This document shows, one piece after another, positions 50,401 through 63,100 of a stretch of DNA of 64,000 bases. The DNA is from Haliotis rubra (Eukaryota). The stretch lies in assembly GCF_003918875.1 (NCBI RefSeq), contig NW_025767088.1, positions 62,001 through 126,000 of the forward strand, given 5' to 3'. Both the position numbers and the translations under genes were made by a program. The notes beneath the pieces were generated by a model. The model saw only the letters and a list, made by a program, of their open reading frames with translations. It had not been told where the DNA came from and searched no databases. The stretch's first letter is position 1. Each line of letters begins with the position of its first letter.

Positions 50401-53400
50401 CAAGGTATAAAACAGATTCAACAATTTCGCGTTCAAGTCAACATGGTAGACAAGTTAAAGGATCAGATGATCCAATCAAACTGTATAACAAGTTTGGATC
50501 ACTTGAAGAGATGGATGTCTCTGAAAACATCCATTGTAGAACTGCTAGTTTGTCGCCTAAAAAATGGGCGAGGGAGATGTCCGGTTAATCCGCCAAAAAG
50601 ATGAATAGTTCTCAACCTTTGATTCAGTGGAATTGTAGATGATTTAAAGCAAATTTTAATGATTCACAATTATTTGTCCAAGACTATAAACCACCAGCAT
50701 TCTGTCTGCAGGAAACATATTTAAAGCAGACAGACCAAATTAACTTACGTCAGTACAACTCATATCATTATCAACTGTTAAAACATTTACCAGATACTTG
50801 TCTTGAAGTGCTATTATGTATCTTTGACAATATATGGACTACTGGGAATTTCCCTTCTTCATGGCGGAATGCTGTCGTCATTCCTATACCTAAACCTGGC
50901 CGGGATCATACAGATCTCTTACCAGCTGTTTATGTAAGACCATGGAGAGAATGGTCAATAACCGACTGATATGGTACTTGGAAACAAATAATCTTCTAAC
51001 AAATATTCAGTGTGGTTTTAGAAAAAATAGAAGAACCATAGATCATTTTGTTAGATTGGAAACGTTCGCAAAGGATGCTATCATCAAGAAACAACATGCT
51101 GTATCAATATTTTTCGATTTAGAATAAGCGTATAATACGACCTGGAAGTATGGAATTTTAAAAGAGCTTCATGAAATGGGATTAAGAGGCATTTTGTCTC
51201 AATTTATATCTCAGTTTTTAACAGATCGGCAGTTCCAGGTACGTGTGGGTTCCACCATGTCTGATATGTATGATCAAGACCAAGGTGTACCACAAGGTAG
51301 CATATATCTGTAACGTTATTCAGTATAAAAATAAACAGCTTATCTAAAGTTTTAAATGAATCCATTGATGGTTCATTATTTGTTGATGATTTTAATGTGT
51401 CATGTCGAGGTAAAAATGTACACACGATTGAGAGACAATTGCAATTATGCCTCAATAAAATTAATGATTGGTCAGAACGAAATGGTTTTAAGTTTTCAAA
51501 AACTAAAACTAATTGCATTCATTTCTGTCGGAACTATAAGCCGCACAGAGACCCAGAATTAACATTAAAATTGTAAAGGAAGCTAAATTTCTGGGAATAA
51601 TATTTGACCATAATCTTACTTTCTTACCACATATTAAATCTCTGAGAGCTAAATGTCTGAAGGCACTTGATTTATTAAAGGTTGTTTCAAACTCCAAGTG
51701 GGGAGGGGACCAGTCAACCCTCCTTCACTTATACAGATCACTCGTCCGTTCTAAACTCGTTATGGATCCATCATTTATGGTGGAGCCTGCAAGTGCAATC
51801 CTGAATTATAAGATTCTGTTCATCACCAAGGTCTCAGACTTTGTGTTGGATCTTTCCGAACTTCTCCTATTGACAGTCTTTCTGTAGAGGCTGATGAGCC
51901 ATCACTCAAACAACGCCGTATAAAATTATCGTTACAATATGTCACAAAACTATATTCTAGTGAGTCTAACCCTGCATATAACTGTGTTTTTAATCCTCTT
52001 TATGAGGATCTGTACAATAAAAAGTCTTCTCTTGTTCCGCCTCATGGGCTCAGAATTAAACCATTCATTTCTGCTGCCGGCATTGAGCTGCAAAACATAT
52101 CTCCTTAGCGTCTTCTTTCTTCTCCTCCTTGGCAACTGGTGAGGCCTGAAGTTGACCTAACTATGACAAATTTTAAGAAATCAGAAACGAATGAATTACA
52201 ATATAAACAGGAATATAATCAATTAAAAATTAAATATAATACATACAAGTCCTTATTTACAGATGGGTCCAACGATGGTGGCGCAGTAGCTTGTGCCACT
52301 GTTATTGGATCAAAAATAATATCTTCTAGATTACCTGGCAACAGCTCTATTTTCACAGCGGAAGCTAATGCCATACTCACAGTTCTTAAATATATTAATA
52401 AAAAACCTAAATATAAACAATACATAATATTTTCAGATTCTCTTTCTTGCCTTCAGGTGATTGAAAAAACATCCACTTTTAATTGAAATCGTTGAATTAT
52501 ATAATGATCTTGCTACTGGCCAATGCGACATCGTCTTTTGTTGGTTACCCAGCCATGTGGGAGAATCTCTGGTACCACAATGGCGGATTTCGCTGCTAAG
52601 GCAGCACTCAATAAATCTGTGACCCCACTTCTTATCCCATATTCTAATTATAAAGCCGTGATTAGATCATATATCCGAGATCTAATGCAAAAGAAGTAGG
52701 ACGACCAAGTAGGTATCAATAAATTACACGAAATTAAATCGGTTACACCTACTTGGGTTGTCAGTCCAGGTTTGAGGAGGTCATCATGCGACGATGTCGC
52801 ATTGGCCAGACAAGATATACACATGAATATTTATTGAAAGGTGAAGATCCTCCATTCTGTATCCCTTGTGATGAAAGAATCACGGTCAAGCGTGTCCTGC
52901 TTAACTGCATTGATTTTTCCATCACAAGGGATAAATATTTCAGTGTCAAAACACTGAAGGATCTTTTTTGTACTGTAAATTATCATTTAATACATGTTTT
53001 TTTTAAAGAAATATAATTCTTGCATAAATTAAATCTTGAATAATATGTTTGGTATATATTTAAATGGTATTTTAAGCATGGTAGTATGAATTAGCAACTG
53101 CGATTGTTAGTGGCTGTATCCTCAAAGGGGGTTAAAGTATTGTCCTCCTGAAAGGGTACGTACGTCCCAAATACTTTCAAAGTCAATTTCGCACAACCAT
53201 ACTTTTTAATCGTAGTATTTGTGTTATTTTAAAACTTTCGGCTAAATCTTCTTACATCACCAACATCTGAAGGGATGATGTAAATCCAGCTAGGGTCCAT
53301 GCAGGTAGCAAAAGTAATGTAAGTCCCCATGTTCCTTGTATGGTGATCTACCTTCAGTTGTTAGCGATCTATAGCCCGTGTTTTATATTGTATTGTCTTC

Positions 53401-54246
53401 TTTAATTAAAATCTTTTAGTTTAACATGCTAGTTTTATGTTCAGATATGTGATATTCTAGTATTTTTACTGTCCATCGTCGACAGGTTTTACTCTCCAAA
53501 ATGTTTTCATTTTTATTGTCTAAATTGTTTTCGTCACTATATGGCTGAGATATTGCCGATGTGACGTTAAATATTAATTCACTCACTCACCATTTTGGGG
53601 GTCTGGCTTCTAGACCAAATTCCTTGGTCAGCATCAATGACGATCCAGTAGATGTCACCACAAAGGAAAGTGGCCTGATACTTGGATTATTTGATCAAGA
53701 CAGATCACCGGTTTGAGAGTGACTTTGCGTATATGTGTAAATTTGATCTCGTCGCTGGTTGGCTGAAATAATGCCGACGCAAGGTGAGACTTTGACTCAG
53801 AGTCAGATATGTCCTAGTGCGGTTCTAGCCAACAAACACGCTTACGAACATATGTCAGAATGTTCGTTACTTACAGCGTATGGCTCTGTGCATGAACTGA
53901 GAATTTGATAAGGGATGGAGAATTATAACGACTAAACGTATACCGTTTTGGACGTCGGTTGGATCTTTCACAGGTGCAATCTGCTGAAGGTGAATATGAT
54001 GCAATTCCTGAAACGTGTAACACATGATGTCTGTAGTATATGGACAATTTGTACCTGACAGGGGGTCTTGTCTGCATCGTAATGAGGGAGGAATATCTGA
54101 CCAGTGTCAAGGAGTACCGCGATAGACTGGAACCGCTGATGAAGAAACTGGAGGAGGATGGGAAACTGAAACAACTGTCTCGTGATGTTGTGTCTCGGTA
54201 TTCCTTTGACAATAACGGAGTTGTCTATGAATTACTAGTTTGTTAA
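38405..54246 (+). CDS. METTL27-like: METTL27-like methyltransferase, copy 6 (~232 aa, intact ORF, TE-expanded introns)
   Basis: Exons 38405-38560, 41683-41811, 42352-42487, 43113-43205 and 54062-54246 sum to 699 nt. Intron 1 is ~3.1 kb and intron 4 is ~10.9 kb. A frameshifted extra exon 3 lies at ~42203-42321. Confidence 0.85.
38659..38696 (-). ncRNA. Minimal type I hammerhead ribozyme motif (U3-A8 variant) in the Penelope pLTR
   Basis: The minus strand reads GC-TTGATAA-CGGTGT-TAGAACCT-ACACTG-AAACGTC-GC, giving a UUGANAA/GAAA core, stem II, a palindromic ACGT stem III and a GUC cleavage triplet. Confidence 0.65.
39591..39628 (+). ncRNA. Minimal type I hammerhead ribozyme motif, second (inverted) copy
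   Basis: Sequence: GC-TTGATAA-TGGTGT-TAGAACCT-ACACCG-AAACGTC-GC. Confidence 0.65.
42728..42965 (-). mobile_element. SINE family A copy in intron 3 of copy 6
   Basis: A (gttt)n tail plus the family body. Confidence 0.8.
48750..48807 (+). ncRNA. HDV-like self-cleaving ribozyme fold at the LINE 5' terminus
   Basis: Sequence: GGCACCC-GT-GAAGAGCC-ACC-TCCTCGT-GGT-AGGTGCT-GG-GTAAC-GCTAA-GCGCTCTTC. P1 is GGCACC/GGTGCT with a G1.U wobble; P2 is GAAGAGC/GCTCTTC; P3 is ACC/GGT; L3 is UCCUCGU; P1.1 is CC/GG; J4/2 is GCUAA with the catalytic C. G1 coincides with the TSD-defined start of the element. Confidence 0.85.
48809..48843 (+). ncRNA. H-type pseudoknot in the LINE 5' UTR
   Basis: S1 is ACCCCCG/CGGGGGT (7 bp), L1 is T, S2 is GTGGACC/GGTCCAC (7 bp), and L3 is ATATTT. 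It is followed by the hairpin CAACCC/GGGTTG. Confidence 0.65.
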
Positions 54247-54647
54247 TGAAAATAGTATTACAGTTTGGTACTACTGACCGAACTTGTTTTAACCTCGGTG
54301 CCTACTTCATCCTGAAAATCTTCTCCCTATCCTGAAGCTATAATTATGTAGCCGGTTTATACTTTCATGTCCTCTTGCGATGTATATTCAAATGAATTTA
54401 CAGTGAACATCAAGTGTGCTGTTATGAAGCCATATAAACCTTTCTGAAATGGTATGTGTGTCATCGATCTCTGTACAGAGCTTGAAATAAAGACAAATAT
54501 AGTCAGGTCATGTCTCAGCTTTTTTGTTCAAGTAATTCAGTGCGAATGATGATGAAGTATTGACGATCTCCTGCTGAGTAAACGCTTTGCACATTCTGGA
54601 CAATATCAGTGCTAAATGAAAGACTACCGACTGTTTCAGCTGACAGA

Positions 54648-54898
54648 GACCCGTAAAGTTCCGTGTTAGAATTGATCTTCAGCAACCCATGCTTGTCGTA
54701 AGAGGCGAATACGGGATCGGGTGGTCAGGCTCGCTGACTTGCTTCACACATGTCATCAATCCAAATTGTGTAGATCGATATTCATGCTATTGATCACTGG
54801 ATTGTTTGGTGTAGACTCGATTATTTACAGACCGCCGCCATATAGCTGGAATATTGCTAAGTGCGGCTATAAGTAAAACTAAAGTCACTCACTCACTC
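54648..54898 (+). mobile_element. SINE family A copy
   Basis: Full length, with an (actc)n tail. Confidence 0.85.
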
Positions 54899-55437
54899 AT
54901 GTAGAAAATATTCCAATATCACAGCAGCAACTACAGTTAAATTGCTGTCTTGGTTGGTTAATTGAACTGACTGAATGTTCAGGTGAGCTAGAATGAAGAA
55001 TGAAGCCTAATAGTAATCACCAGATGGCTGAGGAAGACAAAGGCGTTGGCTCTGTCGGTCGTGTTATATTTCCCCAAACAAACGAGTTGACAAACAATCA
55101 ACAATCAGTCAGTTAACAGGGTCTGAATGTTCACTCAGGCACATCAGACAATGGTTGTTTCTGGTGTTAACAAGACCTCATTTACATGTAACTCTTTGAG
55201 AGGCATTCAAGAAGTTTTAAGTAATAGGGAGACAAGACTTTATGGAGGATCAACGTTTTTATTGTACAATAGCGACGTTTCGGCATAGATACTTACACCG
55301 TTTCAGCAAATTGATACTCATAGAAAGGAATAAGGGAACACATGAAAGTACAAGTCTTCCTTTAATTATTTCCAGAATTTCACTCACAGTGCAATACATA
55401 CCTTGTAAAGAAACCTGGAAAGTTTCCGAACTCGGTA

Positions 55438-56120
55438 TACTACGTTTATAACGAACACGGATACTACGTTGATAATGAACACGAGATACTGCGTATATAA
55501 CGAACACGGTATTCTACGTTGATAACGAACACGAGATACTACGTTTATAACGAACACGGTATACTACGTTTATAACGAACACGGGATACTACGTTTATAA
55601 CGAACACGAGATACTACGTTTATAACGAACATGGTATACTACGTTTATAACGAACACGGTATACTACGTTTATAACGAACACGAGATATACTACGTTTAT
55701 AACGAACACGGGGTATACTACGTTTATAACGAACACGAGATACTACGTTTATAACGAACACGGTATACGTTTACGTTTATAACGAACATGGTATACTACG
55801 TTTATAACGAACGTGGTATTCTACGTTTATAACGAACACGGTATACTACGTTTATAACGAACACGATACTACGTTTATAACGAACACGGTACTACGTTTA
55901 TAACGTACTATATAACGAACACGGTATACGTTTATAACGAACACGGTATACTACGTTTATAACGAACACGGCATACGGTATACTACGTTTATAACGAACA
56001 TGGTATACTATGTTTATAACGAACACGGTATACGTTTATAACGTTTATATAACGAACACGAACACGTTTATAACGAACACGGGGTACTACTACGAACACG
56101 GGATTTTTATAACGAACACG
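55438..56120. repeat. Minisatellite with ~25-bp unit (tactacgtttataacgaacacggta)
   Basis: More than 20 copies, degenerating at the 3' end. It probably lies inside a MITE that ends at ttactgta (~56228). Confidence 0.95.
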
Positions 56121-57119
56121 CTTATGCTACAGATATCATGAATTGTTTGGGGTTAAAACGACAAGCTACGGTTAAAACGGACTAAAATAGTTGTCCCTTT
56201 AAGTTTGATATAGCCGTAGTTTACTGTATATTGCAGGTGTTCGTTTGCGAACGACTATGAATTAGTAGGGGCTATCAGGTTTTTGCGAAAATGTCACCGT
56301 AGGGTTGGGAAGGGTGCCGAGGCAGACAAGTGGTTAACGTGTCACGCCGCAGGCCCGTGTTCGATTCCCCGAGTGGGTACAATATGTGAGGCCCATTTCT
56401 GGTTGCCCTGATCTTGCTGAAAAATTCCATACTCTTTTTTTTTTTAGTTCTGGAGGGTAACCAGTGGAATTAAATGTTCTACTTGATTGTTTAATGAAAG
56501 ATCGGTATCGATATCGCTAAAACTTCAGTTCCAGTTCAGTGATGTGATGCAAATCTACAGTGTAATGATCACAATCACTCGGGGTTACACATACCTGACT
56601 TTTCAAAACGCATTTAATCGATGGACTCTCTTGTTAACAGAAAATTGTTTTCTGCTTGTTTGGTCAATGAATGTAAAGCACTTAAGCAGACATGACGGTT
56701 AATGTTTTTTTCTTAAATTAATTGGAAAATTTTCAAAGTATTAGCAGAGAATGAGATTGCTTGGGATAAAATCAATTGCTGATCTCATACAACGATGATT
56801 GTCAATCTAAAACCATACATATTTCATGTACCATTGGACTATTGTCAGACGGCGTTATCTGAATTGTAAAAGGTTATTGCAAGAAATACCCCATTTATCT
56901 CTCGTGTTGATTGTGGTCTTGGCAAGTATCCTTGTGTACAATACAAATATTCAATCATCTCACATCAAGCTCTGATATGCCATTGTGTACGAATGTAGTC
57001 AGAATGTCTTTGTCTGTATGGATATTCCATCCCTTAAGTATGAAGTTTAGGAAATTTAAGGAACGTTGCAGACTCATTTGATCAGAGAGCTGATAAACTT
57101 TCCGAGTGTTTCTTTCAAA

Positions 57120-60100
57120 ATGGCCTGGATGTGTTATTCTAGGACATTAAGGAAGAATGTAAATGTGGCATGGCTAGTTCTTCTGGTTACGATACAACTG
57201 ATGTTTGGTAAGTGTTCAGATTTCCACTTTGTCATTCCTGTCTTGTTGTAGATACCCATCTATCATTGTAGTTTGTCGTCAATGGATGCAAAACGGAGAA
57301 TGATTCTCCTTTCAAGAGTGAGTGAATATGGTTTCACACCGCTTTTAGCAATATCAGAGAGGGGGACACCAGAAATGTTCTTCATACATTGTACCAATAT
57401 AAGGGAATCGAATCTAGGTCGTCGTCGTGACCACTGAACGCCTTAACCACTAGGCTATCCCGCAGACACTCCTATCCATAATAACTACAGCTAATATATT
57501 AAATGTTTATAGTTGGTGTGACAATTAAACAGCAAATGTGAGATAAGATGAATTAGTGAATATGATAAGTACAAAATGTGTTTTTCAAATGCCGATGACG
57601 TAGGTTGAACACCCGGATGTACCTATCCTGAGCAGGGGTGGTCACTCGTGGTCGTCCACTTCTTAGGCGATCTCGCGTCGAATTGAATGCTGTATAACGG
57701 GCCCACAGACGAGATATTGTGCTTTGGTGGACGTTATAATGACGTGCAACGTCGTTCATTCCTCATCAATATTTGTGATACAATGGAGTAAATGTATCGG
57801 GCTTTTATAGTCATTGTCTCTACTGATGAATTCCACTCATTTCACGTGCATTGTGATCAACATGTGCGTTTTCATGCATTTTCTTCACAATTGCTAACAA
57901 CGGTAACATGAAGTTGTTTTGGTTGTGTTGCGCGACATAACCATTAAAAATCACATACATCACATCATTCAAACATAAACATAGTCTTAATCATAGATTG
58001 CCGATATGAAAATGCAATAGAAAATCTCAATCCCCTGTGCGTTTCTTTTTTTGAAGACTGTATATAACTGAAGCTGTCATTTTTTAAGTGTGAAGCCCAT
58101 TTCTGGTGTCCCCCGCCGTGATATTGCTGGAATATTGCTAAAATCGGCATAAAACTTAACTCACTCAATGGTTATAATTATGTTTGTCTAGAGTTGCATG
58201 TGTTCCTAAACTACTTCTTTCATCTATCTTCTATCCTTAGCTAACACCGTCACATCTACTTCTGCCGGCGCCACTACAACTTCAAATGGAGCTGACATCA
58301 CCACGAGTTCCACAGTGGTTGATCCATTAACAACAGTCACGGACACGGCTGCTGACGTCACTACTGTTTCATTTCCAACAACCACAAGTTATCCAATCAC
58401 ATCCACTACCACATCAACTACCACATCTACTACCACAGTTGGTGCCAATACATCTACTACCACAGCTGACGCCATCACATCTACTACCGCAGTTGGTGCC
58501 AATACATCTACTACCACAGTTGACTCCATCACATCTACTACCACAGCTGACGCCATCACACCTACTACCGCAGCTGACGCTATAACTACCACCACAGCTG
58601 ACGTCATCACATCTACCGCCACAGCTGGCACCATTACATCTACTACCAAACCTGGCACCATCACTTCTACTACTACAGCTGACGCTACAACTACTACCAC
58701 ACCTGGCACCATCACTTCTACTAATACAGCTGACGCTACAACTACTACCACACCTGACGCTACAACTACTACCACAGCTGACGGTACAACTACTACCACA
58801 GCCGACGCTACAACTACTACCACCCCTGACACCATCACTTCTACTACTACAGCAGACGCTACAACTACTACCACAGTTGACTCCATCACATCTACTACCA
58901 CAGCTGACCCCATCACATTTACTATCGCAGCTGACGCTACAACTACTACCACAGCTGACGTCATCACATCTACCGCCACAGCTAGCACCAAAACATGACT
59001 CCATCACATCTTTCTACTACCACAACTGACGCCAACTATACACACCTGGACCATCACTTCGCAGCTGCCGACGCTACAACTACTACCACAGCTGACGTCT
59101 CACAACTACCGCCACAGCTAGCACCAAAACATCTACTACCACACCCGACACCATCATTTCTACTACTACAGCTGACGCTACAACTACTACCACACCTGAC
59201 GCCATCACTTCTACTACAGCCTGACGCTACAACTACTACTACAACTGACGCTACAACTACTACCACACCTGACACCATCACTTTTCCTACTACAGCTGAC
59301 GCATACACTTCTACTACCACACCTGACACCATCACTTCTACAACTACAGTGACGCTACAACTACTACCACACCTGACACCATCACTTCTACTACTACAGC
59401 TGACGCTACAACTACTACCACACCTGGCACCATCACTTCTACTACTACAGCCGACGCTACAACTACTACCACACCTGGCACCATCACTTCTACAACTACA
59501 GCCGACGCTACAACTACTACCACACCTGGCACCATCACTTCTACTACTACAGCCGACGCTACAACTACTACCACACCTGGCACCATTACTTACTACTACC
59601 ACTGACGCCGACTACTACCAACACCATACTACCACACCGACGCTACAACTACTACCATCACTTCTACTACTATAGCTGACGCTACAACTACTACCACAGC
59701 CGACGCTACAACTACTACCACACCTGGCACCATCACTTCTACTACTATAGCTGACGCTAAAACTACTACTACAGCTGACGCTAAAACTACTACCACTCCT
59801 GGCACCATCACTTCTACTACTACAGCTGACGCTACAACTACTACCACAGCTGACGCCTGGCAACATCACTTCCACTACCAGGCTGACCATCAATTCTACT
59901 ACTACAGCTGACGCTACAACTACTACCACAGCTGACGCTACAACTACTACCACAGCTGACGCTACAACTACTACCACACCCGACATCATCACTTCTACTA
60001 CTACAGCTGACGCTACAACTACTACCACAGCTGACGCTACAACTACTACCACACCTGACATCACCACTTCTACTACTACAGCTGACGCTACAACTACTAC

Positions 60101-63100
60101 CACACCTGACACCATCACTTCTACTACTACAGCTGACGCTACAACTACTACCACAGCCGTCCCTACAACTATTACCACACCTGACACCATCACTTCTACT
60201 ATTACAGCTGACGCTACAACTACTACAACAGCTGACGCTACAACTACTACCACAGCCGACGCTACAACTACTACCACACCTGACACCACCACTTCTACTA
60301 CTACAGCTGACGCTACAACTACTACCACAGCTGACGCTACAACTACTACCACACCTGGTACCATCACTTCTACTACTACAGCCGACGCTACAACTACTAC
60401 CACACCTGACACCATCACTTCTACTACCACAGCTGACGCTACAACTACTACCAAACCTGACACCATCACTTCTACTACTACAGCCGACGCTACAACTACT
60501 ACCACAGCTGACGCTACAACTACTACCACACCTGACATCACCACTTCTACTACTACAGCCGACGCTACAACTACTACCACACCTGGTACCATCACTTCTA
60601 CTACTACAGCTGACGCTACAACTACTACCACACCTGACACCATCACTTCTACTACTACAGCTGACGCTACAACTACTACCACACCTGACGCCATCACATC
60701 TACTAACACAGGTGATGCCATCACATCTAATGCCACAGCTGACGCCAACACATCTACTACCACAGCTGATGCTACAACTACTACCACACCTGACACCATC
60801 ACTTCTACCACTACAACTGACGCTACAACTACTACCACAGCCGACGCTACAACTTCTACCACACCTGATACCATCTCTTCTACCACTACAACTGACGCTA
60901 CAACTACTACCGCACCTGACGCCATTACATCTACCGCCACAGCTGACGCCATCACATCTACTAACTCAGGTGACGCCATGAAATCTACCGCAACAGCTGA
61001 CGCCATCACTTCTACTACCACAGCCTACGCTACAACTACTACTACACCTGCCACCATCACATCTACTACTACAGCTGACGCCAGCACAGCTGATGCCATC
61101 ACATCTACTACCACCGTTGATTCTATCATATTAACAACTACAGCTGAAGTGGCAACTACTACCACAGCTGACGTTATAACTACTACCACAGCTGACGTCA
61201 TCACATCTACTACCACAGCTGACGTCATCACATCTAATACTACAGCTAATGCTATCACATCTACTGCAAAAGCTCACGCTACAACATCTACTACCATAAC
61301 TCCGGCCTCCACATCTACAACCTCACCTGATACCATCACGACTCCTATCACAGCTGATGCCATCACATCCGCTACAACTACTACCACACCTGACACCATC
61401 ACTTCTACTTCTACAGCCGACGCTACAACTACTACCACACCTGACACCATCACTTCTACTACTACAGCTGACGCTAAAACTACTACCACACCTGACGCCA
61501 TCACATCTACTAACACAGGTGACGCCATCACATCTAATGCCACAGCTGACGCCAACACATCTACTACCACAGCTGATGCTACAACTACTACCACACCTGA
61601 CACCATCACTTCTACCACTACAACTGACGCTACAACTACTACCACACCTGGCACCATCACTTCTACTACTACAGCTGACGCTACAACTACTACCACACCT
61701 GGCACCATCACGTCTACAACTACAGCCGACGCTACAACTACTACCACACCTGGCACCATTACTTCTACTACCACAGCCGACGCTACAACTACTACCACAC
61801 CTTGCACCATCACTTCTACTACTATAGCTGACGCTACAACTACTACCACAGCCGACGCTACAACTACTACCACACCTGGCACCATCACTTCTACTACTAT
61901 AGCTGACGCTACAACTACTACTACAGCTGACGCTAAAACTACTACCACTCCTGGCACCATCACTTCTACTACTACAGCTGACGCTACAACTACTACCACA
62001 GCTGACGCTACAACTACTACCACTCCTGGCACCATCACTTCTACTACCACAGTTGACGCTACAACTACTACCACAGCTGACGCTACAACTACTACCACAG
62101 CTGACGCTACAACTACTACCACACCCTACATCATCACTTCTACTACTACAGCTGACGCTACAACTACTACCACAGCTGACGCTACAACTACTACCACACC
62201 TGACATCACCACTTCTACTACTACAGCTGACGCTACAACTACTACCACACCTGACACCATCACTTCTACTACTACAGCTGACGCTACAACTACTACCACA
62301 GCCGTCCCTACAACTATTACCACACCTGACACCATCACTTCTACTACTACAGCTGACGCTACAACTACTACTACAGCTGACGCTAAAACTACTACCACAC
62401 CTGACGCTACAACTACTACCACACCTGACCCTACAACTACTACCACACCTGACGCCATCACTTCTTCTACTACAGCTGACGGTACAACTACTACCACACC
62501 TGGCACCATCACTTTTACTTCTACAGCTGACGCTACAACTACTACCACACCTGACACCATCACTTCTACTACTACAGCTGACGCTACAACTACTACTACA
62601 CCTGACACCATCACTTCTACAACTACAGCTGACGCTACAACTACTACCACAGCCGTCGCTACAACTACAACCACACCTGGCACCATCACTTCTACTACTA
62701 CAGCTGACGCTACAACTACTACCACAGCTGACGCTTCAACTACTACCACACCTGGCACCATCACATCTACCACCACAGCTGACGCCATCACATCTACCAA
62801 CACAGGTGACGCCATCACATCCACCGCAACAGCTGACGCCATCACATCTACTACCAAAGCCTACGCTACAACTATTAACACACCTGCCACCATCACATCT
62901 ACTAATACAGCCGACGCCAGCACAGCTGATGCCATCACATCTACTACCACCGTTGATTCTATCATATTAACAACTACAGCTGAAGCGGCAACTACTACCA
63001 CAGCTGACGTTACAACTACTACCACAGCTGACGTCATCACATCTAATACTACAGCTAATGCTATCACATCTACTGCAAAAGCTCACGCTACAACATCTAC

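Larger units (their letters stand above)
48750..53587 (+). mobile_element. 5'-complete non-LTR retrotransposon, I/Nimb-type (ORF1 zinc knuckles; ORF2 APE-RT-RNase H), decayed
   Basis: The TSD tcaccattttgg(gg) occurs at 48738 and 53587. ORF1 from ~49327 contains PLRCFKCHNFGHGVNSC. ORF2 from 50601 has an APE start (IQWNCR) then an internal deletion, RT motifs QCGFRK, GVPQGS and LFVDDF, RNase H motifs LFTDGS, IFTAEA, IFSDSLS and WLPSH, and a C-terminal CIPC motif. It ends in an (ACTC)n tail and carries many stops and frameshifts. Confidence 0.9.
43896..53614. mobile_element. Foldback-like DNA element with long modular inverted repeats; right TIR split by the LINE
   Basis: The termini tctagaagccagacccccaaaatggt (43896) and accattttgggggtctggcttctaga (53589-53614) are inverted. 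Arm 44110-44500 is inverted to 48370-48720, arm 44576-44680 to 47690-47790, and arm 44700-44750 to 47878-47925. No recognisable transposase was seen. Confidence 0.8.

Noticed and set aside
55438-56120. Regular ~25-bp repeats resembling a CRISPR array
   Set aside because: The repeats are head-to-tail with no unique spacers, there are no cas genes, and the context is eukaryotic. This is a minisatellite.
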